This document shows positions 1-11,228 of a stretch of 39,094 nucleotides of DNA, one piece after another; position 1 is the stretch's first letter; the number at the start of each line of letters is the position of its first letter. The notes below the pieces were generated by a model. That model worked only from the letters and a program-made list of their open reading frames with translations. It was not told the DNA's origin and made no database searches. Source of the stretch: Octopus sinensis. Lineage: Eukaryota. The stretch covers positions 1 to 39,094 of the forward strand of contig NW_021835148.1 of assembly GCF_006345805.1 (NCBI RefSeq), written 5' to 3'. Made by a program: the position numbers and the translations under genes.

Positions 1-170
1 ATGATCGCAAGTTACACACATGCCATGGTAGCACTGCTGCACAACGCGGAAATTGACTAGAATACTAAAATTTTTGCGCAGGCGCAGTAGAGCTTTGCCA
101 AATGGCTTCACTTCGAGTTACAGTTTGTTACCATGGCAACAGCCCAGATACTCAATAATCAGCCCTCGTA
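1..170 (+). mobile_element. 3' end of degenerate Tc1/mariner element (copy 1, cut by window start)
   Basis: Homologous to 2493-2662 and 5394-5559. Ends in AGCCCTCG-TA, the reverse complement of a TACGAGGG mariner-type TIR terminus. Confidence 0.6.
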
Positions 171-370
171 AACTCACATACACACGTACATTTATATATA
201 TATATATATTATTATATATATATATATGTATGTTTGTGTATATATGTATATGCATAAATATATATATATATATATATATATAAACAATATCATATTCGTT
301 ATATGATATAGATACATATATATAAATATATATACTGGTACACATATATATATATATATATTATATATAT

Positions 371-406
<36 letters not shown>

Positions 407-407
<1 letters not shown>

Positions 408-650
408 AGAAATTAAAAAAAGGAAATACGCACAATTACACAGTTTTATATAATTTTTAATATATCGACAAGTTTCGCTATCGCTATTCAAGATATAATG
501 TATTACTTATTTGAATATGTATTTTTTCTTCAGAAGAAATTTTGTCCATGTTGTGTGTGGTGAAATTCACGAGTGAATGTCTTCACAAGTAGAGAAGTAC
601 AGTGATGTAATTGGTTATCGCTATTATTGTTATTTTTGTTGGTAAGGGTG
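407..650 (-). repeat. Hammerhead-bearing repeat, probable Penelope-like pLTR (copy 1)
   Basis: Aligns by eye to 6689-6920; contains a hammerhead motif at 461-497; abuts (TA)n. Confidence 0.55.
461..497 (-). ncRNA. Type I minimal hammerhead ribozyme motif, probably inactive (U3.U8)
   Basis: Minus strand UAUAUC-UUGAAUA-GC-GAUA-GC-GAAA-CUUG-UC-GAUAUA: 6 bp stem I, 2 bp stem II, GUC site. Confidence 0.55.
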
Positions 651-1316
651 ATAACGGATACCTTGATCCAAACTGTTAATAGAGGGTTCGATTGCGATGT
701 TTTGAAATAGGACATTCGGGGAAATCGACCGTGTTTTGGAGTGCAAAGAATTGTATTTTTCACCACATCTGTCTCCTGAGTTTCTGGTCAAAACTAAAAT
801 GTTATCGCTGTTTCAACAATGCCATTTGTAAGATGTATCTCCTTCGAGCTTCCATCGATTCACTTCGATGAAAAGTAGAACAAAGATCACCGTTTCAAAA
901 CCGTTGTCGCGATTCACAGTTAATAGCAGAAGGTCCTCGACACGTACGGACGACGTATTCCAGGTCGAATTCCAAAAGTGGCAGAGACCCTGGGATCAGT
1001 GTGTGTCTGAGCAAGGTGACTCGAAGTATATGATGTTAAAACCTAGGTACATAACGCGTTGATAGCACCACTTGTAAGGAAAATTATGTATGGATTTTTC
1101 CGATATCCATAGAAATTGAACGAATTTTTAAAGTGGGGTTTTGATATTTGCTGCTCTAAATACTTAAGTTTTATATTTTGTACGTGACTAATCATTGTCA
1201 ATGCTAATTACAATCTACCATCTATACTTTGTTTAAAGCAATTATTGTTTAATTATGCTGCTGGTGTCTGTAGCAATGATGGATAAAATGTACGACCTTT
1301 TTTTCCTTAATGCCAG

Positions 1317-1418
1317 TAATGCACTGAATTCCACTACAGCGGAGGAGATTCAAAATGACACCAAAACAATTCTGCAAGACGAGGTAACAAGTACCATAAG
1401 GACTACGCCAAATCTTCG
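1317..1418 (+). CDS. Phase-2 symmetric exon (102 nt): NALNSTTAEEIQNDTKTILQDEVTSTIRTTPNL
   Basis: Acceptor ccttttttttccttaatgccag, donor CG|gtatgt; the other two frames contain stops. Confidence 0.65.
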
Positions 1419-1758
1419 GTATGTACACCTCATTTACAATGGATATTGTCATATTCCCTTTGCAACATCTATGTACCCGTGAATCGTTGGTTCCACGTTT
1501 GAAATTTGTTTAGCAAAACGTTGGACATTATTTTGTTTTTAACATATACAGTATTTGCAGTTCCAAATACTGAAGGATGCAACACATTACCCATTTGTTT
1601 CTAATGTAAAAGAAAATGAATATCCGCAGTGATATACGACATATATTCAGGTCTCGATCCTTCTAAAAAATTAAGAGATCCTCTCGATATATATATACAC
1701 AAGCATGGACACAGACTCATACGGAGACACACGCACGCACACATACACACACTCACAA

Positions 1759-1790
<32 letters not shown>

Positions 1791-1857
1791 TATATATATA
1801 TACATGCGTGCGAGTGCGTCATTGTGTATGTGTGTTATTGTATGTATTTATATAAAG

Positions 1858-1932
1858 ACTAAGCATGCTTATCTGCGTCACTATCTCCATATCAGCTCAT
1901 CTGGATTATCTCTTATCGCTGCTCTCGATCCT
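1858..1932 (+). CDS. Tentative phase-2 exon (75 nt, or 69 nt from 1864), hydrophobic LSMLICVTISISAHLDYLLSLLSI
   Basis: Donor CT|gtaagt; acceptor only moderate (tatttatataaag). Confidence 0.4.
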
Positions 1933-2023
1933 GTAAGTCTAGACCTCAATGAAACTAAATTCGAAATGATTGCACCACTCATTCATGTTTTCTATTCTGA
2001 GTATTTCAAGTTCTCTCTATTCG

Positions 2024-2662
2024 GCGGCATATATATGATGGCTGATGAATTTGTATCCGGAATGTTGCAAAAGTATGAAGCAAAAGAGTTAGAATAAAGC
2101 CCATAGGAACATATTGAACCCGAATACTGCTGTGTATGCGCACTAAGGTTAAACTATAGCTTACTCTCGCTGTTTAAGCACTACTTGATTAAGGTGTGGT
2201 GGCGTTTGATAGTCGAATTGATATAATGTGTGATTGTTTCAAAGATGGCCGAAAAATGTCGATATGCGGGAACCGCAACCAACAGTACTGACAAAAATAT
2301 CGCGCCATGCGTACAGCTTTGAGGAAATCACAAAATCACAATACGCCGAGTTATGCAGGTTATATCGGTTGAGTCAGATCATTATCATCACGTTATCTGC
2401 TTTAATCTATCGATGACTATGAATATTTTTTGCACAAATCGCCAAGCTTTGATGCAGATTGTTTGCTCACATACTCTGTCATTTACAAGTCGATGATCGC
2501 AAGTTACACACATGCCATGGAAGCACTGCTGCACAACGCGGAAATTGGCTAGAATACTAAAGTTTTATGCGCAAGTGCTGGAGTTTGGCCAAGTGACTTA
2601 CTTTTCGCGTTACAGTTTGTTATCATGGCAACAGCCCAGATACTCAATAATCAGCCCTCGTA
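2024..2662 (+). mobile_element. Degenerate, internally deleted mariner element (copy 2)
   Basis: About 640 bp homologous to 4905-5559, with transposase N-terminal remnant and 3' TIR end agccctcg-ta. Confidence 0.6.
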
Positions 2663-2725
2663 AACACACACAAACACATACATGTATATATAGACATATA
2701 TATATATATATATATTATATAATAT

Positions 2726-2767
<42 letters not shown>

Positions 2768-3350
2768 GTTATATATTGTTGTTCCCATATTTTTTATGTG
2801 AAGTCGTTTGTTGAAACAGATATGTTATATTTCGGAATGATCATATTGCCAGTTTAGCCAATAAAACACACGTACTATATATTTTGGTTTATTTTTGGTG
2901 TTTTTTGATATTCATTTTTTACATTAATCATAATCTTATTTCGGCCAGAGTTCTTTCGTCACACTCCTGTGACCGCATCAGTGGTCCTTTGTTTCTTCTC
3001 ACATTATTTGTGTCTCTCCTTACTAACCGTCGGCCATTTTGTGGTGTCTTCAAATATATTGTGTCTTCATTTGCGCATGCTTATATCTCTGTGTGCGTCT
3101 ATGCTAATTTAGTTTGTGGGGGGGATGCCTGTAATATTTGTATCTTCTGTTTATATACATTCATGTAATTTTTGTAATTTTGATTTGTTGTTGTTGCTTT
3201 TGTTCTAATTTTGTTCCCGTGTTTACATCCACCCATTATTATCATTACATATGCTTGTATGTATGTATAACAACAATATTAGTAATAATAATAATAAATC
3301 TAACCGAAAAAAAAAATATATATAGACAATATACACACATACATACACAT

Positions 3351-3389
<39 letters not shown>

Positions 3390-3391
3390 CG

Positions 3392-3424
<33 letters not shown>

Positions 3425-4905
3425 ATATATATATACATACATATACATACAAATATATATATACATATATATAGTTATTAATTTATATTTGTTTATTTAT
3501 CTGTGTATTTATTATGTTTTGGAATCCTCTATCGTCATATGTTGTGGTGTGTGCTATTGCTCCATTCTCGTTTTCTATTCAGGCTAGGTTTATTTTCTAT
3601 TATATGTGTAGCTTCTGTAATTTGTCTAAATGTTGCATCTGTTCTATGTGTGGACAATATCTTAATCTATGTTATTGATTGATCCCCATGTTCCTGTTCG
3701 GCGTGTTGGTACAGAATCGATGAGCTTTTACCTCCTTGAGTTGTCTCCAATGTTCATTCTCCCCTTCTCGCTCTCTATCTTCTGCTGTTTCCCCTACGTA
3801 TGTTACTGTCTTGTTACTGCATCGTCCCTCTATACATCTTATACTATAGACTACATTTCTGGCTTTACATTTTGTTTGTGGGCTAAATCTACATACAGTG
3901 CAATAATTACCTGTACAGAGGGTTCTACTAAAAGGATAGGTTCTACCGATTATAGATTTGATAGGAGGGTTGCCTGGCTTTTCAACAACCTAATTCTTAG
4001 TTTAAGTTTATCTAGGGTCCTTCTAAGCGGTACGCCAGTTCACCTCCGGGGTGGTGTCAACGAACATGACACTCAGGTATTTATGGCTATCATACCAAGA
4101 GTTGGCCTTCCCTATTTTCTTTTTTGTCCTTTCTATAGTGTTCCATGACTTGTTCCTATAGACTGGGCAAATCCCATTCCTATCATTACATAATATATTA
4201 TCAAATTTCTTCATGGCTCCTTTGTATACTCTGATCCTTTCTTTATGGCTGTAACCTGAGAACTGCATGTGGTGAATGAAATACTGTATGTGTCTCTTTA
4301 ATTCTGTAGGCTCGCACATCGTGCACATTTCTCATTATTCTGACAAGGTCTGCCATCAAAATATTGAATTTGGCATTGCCGCAATGGCTGAGTTCCGTGG
4401 ATCAGGTATTTTGAGGCATAGGTTTTGCATAGTATGAATGAAGGATTTGGGTTTTATTTTTCACAATTTCTAGCCAGAGTTCAGTGTCTAGTACTGGTAG
4501 TCTATGGTTGGGGTGTTTAGTTGGGTAGTCTATTGTGACTTTAATACTCTTGTGGATGGAGTTAGCTATTTGCTGGATGCTCTCCATATATAGTTTCTAT
4601 TATTAATTAACAATCATCAACTTACTCTTGTGGGATGCTTTTACTACTATGTTGATATCATCAACATAGCGAGCGCACATGTTTACGAGTATGGATTTCT
4701 GCAGTAGGCGTTCTTTAAGCTTCTGTTCCACTATACCATGAAAAAGTTGGCCACATCACCAGCGATACTAACACCGATGGCTGCCCCCCCCCTCGTCCTG
4801 TGCATATATTTTATTATTAAATTTAAATGTGTGGCCTTTTACAGTAACTCTTATACTAGCTCCTAGTGCATGTGCGATCATTTTCTTTACCTGATGGATA
4901 TTTGC
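2768..4905 (-). mobile_element. 5'-truncated Penelope-like retroelement (RT + GIY-YIG endonuclease + probable 3' pLTR), frameshifted
   Basis: Minus-strand peptides GHTFKFNNKIYAQDEGG.AIGVSIAGDV, RYVDDINIV (YVDD at 4657-4668), IANSIHKSIKVTIDYP..LPVLD, and NVVYSIRC...TYVGET...LNRKREW ending near 3535. Hammerhead-like motif downstream at 2943-2987. Confidence 0.9.
2943..2987 (-). ncRNA. Hammerhead-like motif with non-canonical core
   Basis: GGACCA-CUGAUGCG-GUCAC-AGGAGU-GUGAC-GAAA-GAAC-UC-UGGCC: perfect 5 bp stem II, near-perfect stem I. Confidence 0.45.
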
Positions 4906-5559
4906 GGCATATATATAATGGCTGATGAATTTGTATCCGGAATGATGCAAAAGTAGTGAAGCAAAAGAACGTAGAATAAAGCCGATAGGTACATATTGTC
5001 CCTGAATACTGCTGTGCATCCGCACTAAGGTTTACGTTCTAGCTTACCTCCGCTGTTTACTGCACTACTTGGATGTATGTTGTGTGGCGTTTGATAGTCG
5101 AATTGATATAATGTGTGATTGTTTCCAAGATGGCCGTAAAATGTCGATGATGTGGAACGTTTTCGAAGAACCGCAACCAACCGTACTGATAAAAACATCG
5201 CAGCCATTTGTACAGCTTTGAGGAGAAATCACAAAATTACAATACGCGAGTTATCCAGATTATATACGGTTGAGTTCAGATCATTATCATCACATTATCT
5301 GCTTTAATCTATCGATAACTATGAAACTTTTTTGCACATATCGCCAAGCTTTTGCCTACATATGATGCAGATACTCTGTCATTAGCAAGGCGACGATCGC
5401 ATCTTACACACCTGCCATGGAAGCACTGCTGCACAACGCGGAAAATGGTAAGAATATAAGAAATTTATTCGCAGGCAGAGTTTGGCCAAGTGACTTCACT
5501 TTTCGCGTTTCAGTTTGTACCATGGCAACATTCCAGATACTCAATAATTAGCCCTCGTA
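4905..5559 (+). mobile_element. Degenerate, internally deleted mariner element (copy 3)
   Basis: Reads FQDGRKNVDDVERFRRTATNRTDKNIAAICTALRRNHKITIRELS across a 1 nt frameshift, matching the mariner FKxGRxxxEDxxRSGRP...TDENI...R.TIREL region; ends gccctcg-ta. Confidence 0.65.
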
Positions 5560-5576
5560 CACACACACCCACACGC

Positions 5577-5632
<56 letters not shown>

Positions 5633-6022
5633 TGTGTGTGTGTGTGTATATATGCATAATTAGATATATATATATATTCATATACATATATATGTACGTA
5701 TGTATGCATATATATGGTATATACTTACGTATGTATGTATATATATATATATATATATAATTAAAATTAACAATTAAGGATAACTTCTTAATAAGGAATC
5801 ATAACAAGAAATTATCAGGTAGTTAGCGTGAAAACCTCATAAAAGAAAAGAATTCGAAAATAATTTTTTTATGTTGAACAAATTAATTATATCTATATTG
5901 TATAGAGGGCATTAATACACATAAATGTCTCACACTAAGAGGGACAAAGTCATTACTACCAAAATTACACTAATAATACCTAAATGCAGTTCTTCAAAGC
6001 AAGACATTTAAAAAATGAATTT

Positions 6023-6080
6023 AGTTCTGTATCACCGTGATTTCACATTTAACTTACGTCTTATGATCCTCAGCAAAACT
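6023..6080 (-). ncRNA. Type I hammerhead ribozyme motif
   Basis: AGUUUUG-CUGAGGA-UCAUAAGACGUAAGUUAAAUGU-GAAA-UCACGGUGA-UA-CAGAACU: 7 bp stem I, canonical core, palindromic stem III. Confidence 0.75.
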
Positions 6081-6267
6081 GATTCTGAACACATCATAAA
6101 TAAACCACCAACCTTACCTAGCGAAGACGAACAGACATCTATTCACTCCGGCCAAGCACATGGGATGTTTATAAATCATATATTCGGTAAATGGCGGGCT
6201 TTTTCGAACTGCATGTCGGATGGAAAAGTATTTCGGAATAAAATTAACAATTAGGATAACTTCTTAT

Positions 6268-6325
6268 CAGTTTGCTGAGGATCATAAGACGTAAGTTAAA
6301 TGTGAAATCACGGTGATACAGAACT
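6268..6325 (+). ncRNA. Type I hammerhead ribozyme motif (inverted copy)
   Basis: Same motif as 6023-6080 with a 1 nt deletion in the 5' strand of stem I; CTGAGGA 6275-6281, GAAA 6304-6307. Confidence 0.7.
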
Positions 6326-6574
6326 AAATTAATTTTTTAAATGTCTTGCTTTGAAGAACTCCATTTAGGTATGATTAGTGTAATTTCGGTAGTAATTACT
6401 TTGTCCCTCTTAGTGTGAGGCATTAAGTGTATTAATGCCCTCTATACAATATAGATATATATATATATATATATGTGTGTGTGTATATATATGCATAATT
6501 AGATATATATATATACATATACATATATATGTACGTATGTATGCATATATATGGTATATATGTACGTATGTATG

Positions 6575-6606
<32 letters not shown>

Positions 6607-6627
6607 ATATATATATATATAATATAT

Positions 6628-6661
<34 letters not shown>

Positions 6662-6688
6662 TGTATATACATGCATATATATATATAT

Positions 6689-6920
6689 AAGAAATTAAAT
6701 AAGGAAAATACGCACAATTGCATAGTTTTAATATAATTTTTAATCTATCGACCGGTTTCGCTATCGCTATTCATGATATTATATTTCCCTTATTTGAATA
6801 TGTATTTTATTTTAAGAAGAAATTTTGTTCATGTTGTGTGTGATGAAATTCACAAGTAGATGAATACAGGGATGTAATTCGTTATCGCTATTATTGTTAT
6901 TTTTTTGGTAAGGGTGATAA
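6689..6920 (-). repeat. Hammerhead-bearing repeat, probable Penelope-like pLTR (copy 2)
   Basis: Homologous to 407-650. Confidence 0.55.
6746..6778 (-). ncRNA. Minimal type I hammerhead motif with A3-U8 core variant
   Basis: UAUC-AUGAAUA-GC-GAUA-GC-GAAA-CCGG-UC-GAUA; palindromic stem III ACCGGU, GUC cleavage triplet. Confidence 0.65.
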
Positions 6921-7111
6921 CTGTTCAGCTTTGGGTAATGGTGAGAATATATATGTGTACAGACAAATACAATTTTCGAAAACCTTGTTTAGTGAAGGGA
7001 TTTATGTACAGTGATGTAATCGTGAATTGAAATATGCAAAAAGATAAAAGTTGATTATATGTGCATATTATGACGTATTCTGTATTTTTCAAATTGAAAC
7101 AGTTTTTTATT

Positions 7112-7211
<100 letters not shown>

Positions 7212-8136
7212 TATATATATAAATATATATATATATATTAGTTCAAAATATGAAGTTGAGAACGCATTATGTTTTTAATAAATAGCTATTTCTTAGAAAC
7301 TTAATATTATTTATCTATCGTTATATTCCCAATTATCAGACGGAATGTGCAAAGCGTCATGCATATGATCCTACTCAATAGTTGCAAAGATATATTGCCA
7401 TGAGAACGATATCCGTCTTGAAGAGAAAATAAATAGCAAAACCAGCTCACATAGTAGAGCGACTTATTTAAATTTTGAAGCAATTTGAGGAAGAGAAAAA
7501 CGAATCATTAAGGAAAAGCAGCATGAAAGCGGGCAAGCGTGGAATGGAGATCTAGACGAAGGGCGAGAAGCAACATAAGGCGGCGAGAGGGAGTGGAAAG
7601 ACCGTAATATTTGGAGTGAAGAGAATCAGAACAGATATGCCGGACGGAGGAAAGAAGGGGCAATGAAAGTAAGTATGGTAAAAAAAATTGCACGACTGGT
7701 AGTAGGGAAATGTAATTTTTGTTTAATTCGTCTCAAAGTACGGACCGTGTAGTACTTATTGATATTCCTGCTTTTTCCAAAAGTATATACTTGAAACGTA
7801 CCAGATAGCTAATCAACCCACAACGAAATAATCGATTAGCGTTAGGATTTAAGAGTAGGTTATCAATCATGGGTAAAGTTTAGGGTTTAGAGAGACATCA
7901 AAGCTTACAGTCCTCAGATAAGGCCTTACCTGACATATAGGATATAGTGCAAGATTTTGCTGTAAACACGTAGAATGAGTTCTACAGGTCATTGTTATAA
8001 TAATCGTTAAATAAAATTTGGGGAACAGAAAAAAATTAATATTTGCACACAATGTTTTGCGGAATCATAGAAATCCGATATATTTAAAAAAATGAAATCT
8101 GAAGAGATATTTCGGTGTGAAATAGACTTTTTTCAG

Positions 8137-8154
8137 TTGTCTCAAACTATTTCT
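8137..8154 (+). CDS. Tentative 18 nt exon (CLKLF in phase 2)
   Basis: Acceptor acttttttcag, donor CT|gtaatt; all three frames open. Confidence 0.3.
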
Positions 8155-8233
8155 GTAATTTAAATAAATCGCTTTCAATGTTAGCATTTATACCTTCCTC
8201 GAGTTTTCAAAGTAGGCAAAACCTACAAATCAG

Positions 8234-8284
8234 AAATGTAAATATAGAACGAATCCCTAATGGAAATCTTAAAATAAAAAGCAC
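8234..8284 (+). CDS. Tentative phase-2 exon (51 nt): NVNIERIPNGNLKIKS
   Basis: Weak acceptor cctacaaatcag, donor AC|gtattg; only the phase-2 frame is open. Confidence 0.35.
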
Positions 8285-8309
8285 GTATTGAATAAAGGCC
8301 TAACGACAT

Positions 8310-8460
8310 TACCGGGGCAGCCCATCGTCCATGGATACACAGAGAGATGTTCAACTCAATCATAACCTCCAAGCATAAGGCGTTAAATACAGATAGAAAA
8401 TTAGGCTGGTGCTCCAGCATGGCCTCAGCCCTATTGCCGAAACCATTAAAAGGATATAAA
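8310..8460 (+). mobile_element. SINE 3' fragment
   Basis: Contains ggtgctccagcatggcc (8408-8424), recalled as the tail of an abundant octopus SINE; not database-checked. Confidence 0.45.
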
Positions 8461-9001
8461 AACAATATGAATTTTTTCCGAGCTCTTTCATTTGAAATGC
8501 CTTTTTTGATAAAAAGCCTCCAAATAACGTTTTTAGTTTTATGATACCCACTCCATTTTGAAAGTGCTACAGAATTTATCCTTCCATGAAAATTACCTGT
8601 TAATGTAGGTTATATGTACTATTCCTATTCTTTTTTTCTATATTTTGCATCATTTTCAAACCATTTAAAATACGGTCAGCGTGTTTTGGCGAAAAATCAT
8701 GGTAACGAAATAACTTCAAGATATCAATATGCGGGAAGATATTTGTGATTTTAAAAAAATTTCAATATTCACAAGCGTAGATAAGGTAAAATAACTCTGA
8801 ATATGAAGTTGGACATTTAATATTGATAGTTGTATAGATATATTGAACATGATTACTCCTAAAATGTCGGAAATTGGATTATCGGTTACAAAATCCACAT
8901 GATATTTTTGTACGTGCTTTAACGTCTTCGGTCAATCATTTTCAAGTCATGTGTTTCGTTCCTTTAAACATTATTTTGTTTTTCCTTTTCTTCCATATCA
9001 G

Positions 9002-9022
9002 TGTCTATCAATACTGGAAAAA
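9002..9022 (+). CDS. Phase-2 micro-exon (21 nt; alternative end 9028, 27 nt): VYQYWK
   Basis: Very strong acceptor ttttgtttttccttttcttccatatcag; donor AA|gtataa. Confidence 0.55.
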
Positions 9023-9422
9023 GTATAAGTGTTTTTGAAGGGAACCTGCATCTCATCGACAACTATGATTGTCACACGCCGATGACTGATCAATAACCAG
9101 AACCTTGAGTCCGTGTGTATCATAAGTTTAAGACGGGAAGGATGGCTTCCCTTTGCAAACACTGATAGGACACAGAAATTATGTCTATGGCCAGCTGGAG
9201 GAGGTGTCCTCCTGGGGCTACAAACTACAGTAGCATCCACCCTTAGGTGTTAGCCATATTTAAATGGCAAATATACGTCACGAGGTGTTGTAGCTACTGT
9301 TTATAACTCGCTCTGAGATTTATTTTTATTTTATTTTTCTTGACATCAAATTGGTAATATATACAATATCTAATCATTCTACGAAGCTAACGTAATTTCT
9401 ACTCATACTAATTATCTTACAG

Positions 9423-9494
9423 TCTTCCGGGTGTAAACCTTCCTTTCGTAAACTTTAAGAGCAGGGAACACGCTTGGGAAGTTTTCTTCATGAG
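9423..9494 (+). CDS. Phase-2 exon (72 nt): LPGVNLPFVNFKSREHAWEVFFM
   Basis: Acceptor ttatcttacag, donor AG|gtaggt; only phase 2 open. Confidence 0.75.
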
Positions 9495-9568
9495 GTAGGT
9501 TGCATTTTCGTTTTATATACATAGATGCAAACACCTAGATTAGAGTCACATCAGATTTGTTCTGCCAG

Positions 9569-9589
9569 CTCTTTCTTTAAAACGCAAAG
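9569..9589 (+). CDS. Phase-2 micro-exon (21 nt): SFFKTQ
   Basis: Acceptor tttgttctgccag, donor AG|gtatgt; 74 nt upstream intron. Confidence 0.6.
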
Positions 9590-9678
9590 GTATGTGTTGG
9601 ACATATGTAGATTATGTAGATATGCTTCAACATATCATCGTTTAATTTTAATAGGTTTGTAAATGTTAAATTTCACAG

Positions 9679-9702
9679 ATTACTTATTCTCAGAAAAAAT
9701 TT
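9679..9702 (+). CDS. Tentative phase-2 micro-exon (24 nt): LLILRKN
   Basis: Acceptor aaatttcacag, donor TT|gtaatt. Confidence 0.4.
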
Positions 9703-11228
9703 GTAATTTCTCAGTCGAAGTTATATTAAAGTAAGAATCAACATACTTACTGCACATAAATGCTAGGCTAAAAAATTTAAGCGATATTATAGATATACGT
9801 TAGTGACGCGAGTTTTAAAGTTAACGGTTCCTTTTTATAAAGAAGCAGTATAATTATTAAAGATGGCAGGGTGTGTTGTGTTTAATTACATGTAAGCTAT
9901 ATATTAACAAAGTCCAAGAAATAATATTAATTGATTTTTACATTGAAAGGAATACTAGTGGAAACCATACAACATTAAGCATACTGTTGTAATTTTCCTA
10001 AGCACATAGAAGTGTGTTGTATTTTAGATGAGGGTCAGTTATATTTAACACTTGTAGCTATTATGTGTGTGCGTATATTTGTATGCATGTATGTGTGTTG
10101 TCCTAGCTAAGGTTTACTTGTAAAGAGCAGGTTCCTATATCTGTCTATTCTGGCAAAGTGGGAACCATGATTGCTCAATTTGCCAGGCCAGACGGAATGA
10201 AAAATACTGCACAGGAGATGAACGAATCTCCGATTTCAAAATGGAGTGTATCAGTAGTAGCGCTCTCAGGAATCATGATTTAGTTGCAGATATTCCCCAC
10301 TAGTTTGGAAGACGTAAAGGGCTGAAGTACTTGCCTGACGAGAGATTGTTACCACTGTATTTGTTTTTACGTCGATAGCTTTTAATGAATTATCCATTTG
10401 TATAGTCAAAATATATTTAAGGCATTTTCGCACTGTTGTATACTGAATATCACGCAGATTAGGATAGAAAATGAACGTTAAAATTTGTATGAATTTATAT
10501 CTTTCATGCAGTTGATGTAATAGCAAGTAAATCATTAATATATGGGAGACTAACACTATGCTTTTCCCATAACCTTTATTTGAACGCTTAATAATTATTT
10601 TAGCCAGAATATTTAAAATATCAATGACAAAATTTACTAATAGGATCTATTTCAATGTTGAAAGAAGTTGTTTACTTTGTTGGAACCTACTCATGTTATA
10701 ATTATTACGATGGCAAATCCATTGTCTCAATCAAATATTTTCTAATATTTGGTCATCCTTCATACTGATGAGTAACTTGAAACGGTGTTTCTAGCTCTAC
10801 AGAGAATATTTTTGACAACATATATGCAAAATAAATGTGCTGCATATTAAGTTTCGGAATTGTTTGGAACCCTTTTTATAAAACTAGAGATGACGAAAAT
10901 GGTACAGTAGAGCATAATTCTCTTGGTGAATATAGGTTCGTGGCATTCGTGAATTTGAATGCGTCAGCATTGCGAAAGCCTCGCTAAACATATACCAGAC
11001 CCATTCTGTGAGAACAATGTTTCAGTATACCCTGACCATCTTGATTTTCTGAATGAAATCAAATGATGTGACATGCCTGTAAAACATATTTGTTCCCTCA
11101 TGTAACATTCCAAACAAGTTAAACTTAAACTTTGCTTAACACACAAGCATATTGTAAATAAAGCTATAAAAACATACATAATATTATTCCAGGATATTCA
11201 TTACATTATTTTTTTTCTCCTTTTTAAG

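Larger units (their letters stand above)
5759..6457. mobile_element. Penelope-type pLTR insertion with inverted duplication
   Basis: About 190 bp inverted arms 5890-6082 and 6266-6457; 28 bp direct repeat 5763-5790 and 6240-6266; flanked by a duplicated compound microsatellite (5630-5758 and 6475-6587). Confidence 0.7.

Noticed and set aside
8093-8135. CTGAAGA...GAAA motif with partial stem I
   Set aside because: Stem III is 1 bp and non-palindromic and stem II is misregistered; likely chance.
8223-8612. About 130-codon minus-strand open frame (…FNGFGNRAEAMLEHQP…HGRWAAP) with a plausible donor
   Set aside because: Overlaps a SINE tail (8408-8424), has a weak acceptor, and has no consistent partner exons on the minus strand.
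8998-9240. 80 aa minus-strand ORF in a GC-richer patch
   Set aside because: No recognisable motif, weak splice sites, antisense to the + strand exon series.
10765-10790. CTGATGA-gtaactt-GAAA hammerhead-like core
   Set aside because: No stem II, invalid cleavage triplet and no stem I pairing.
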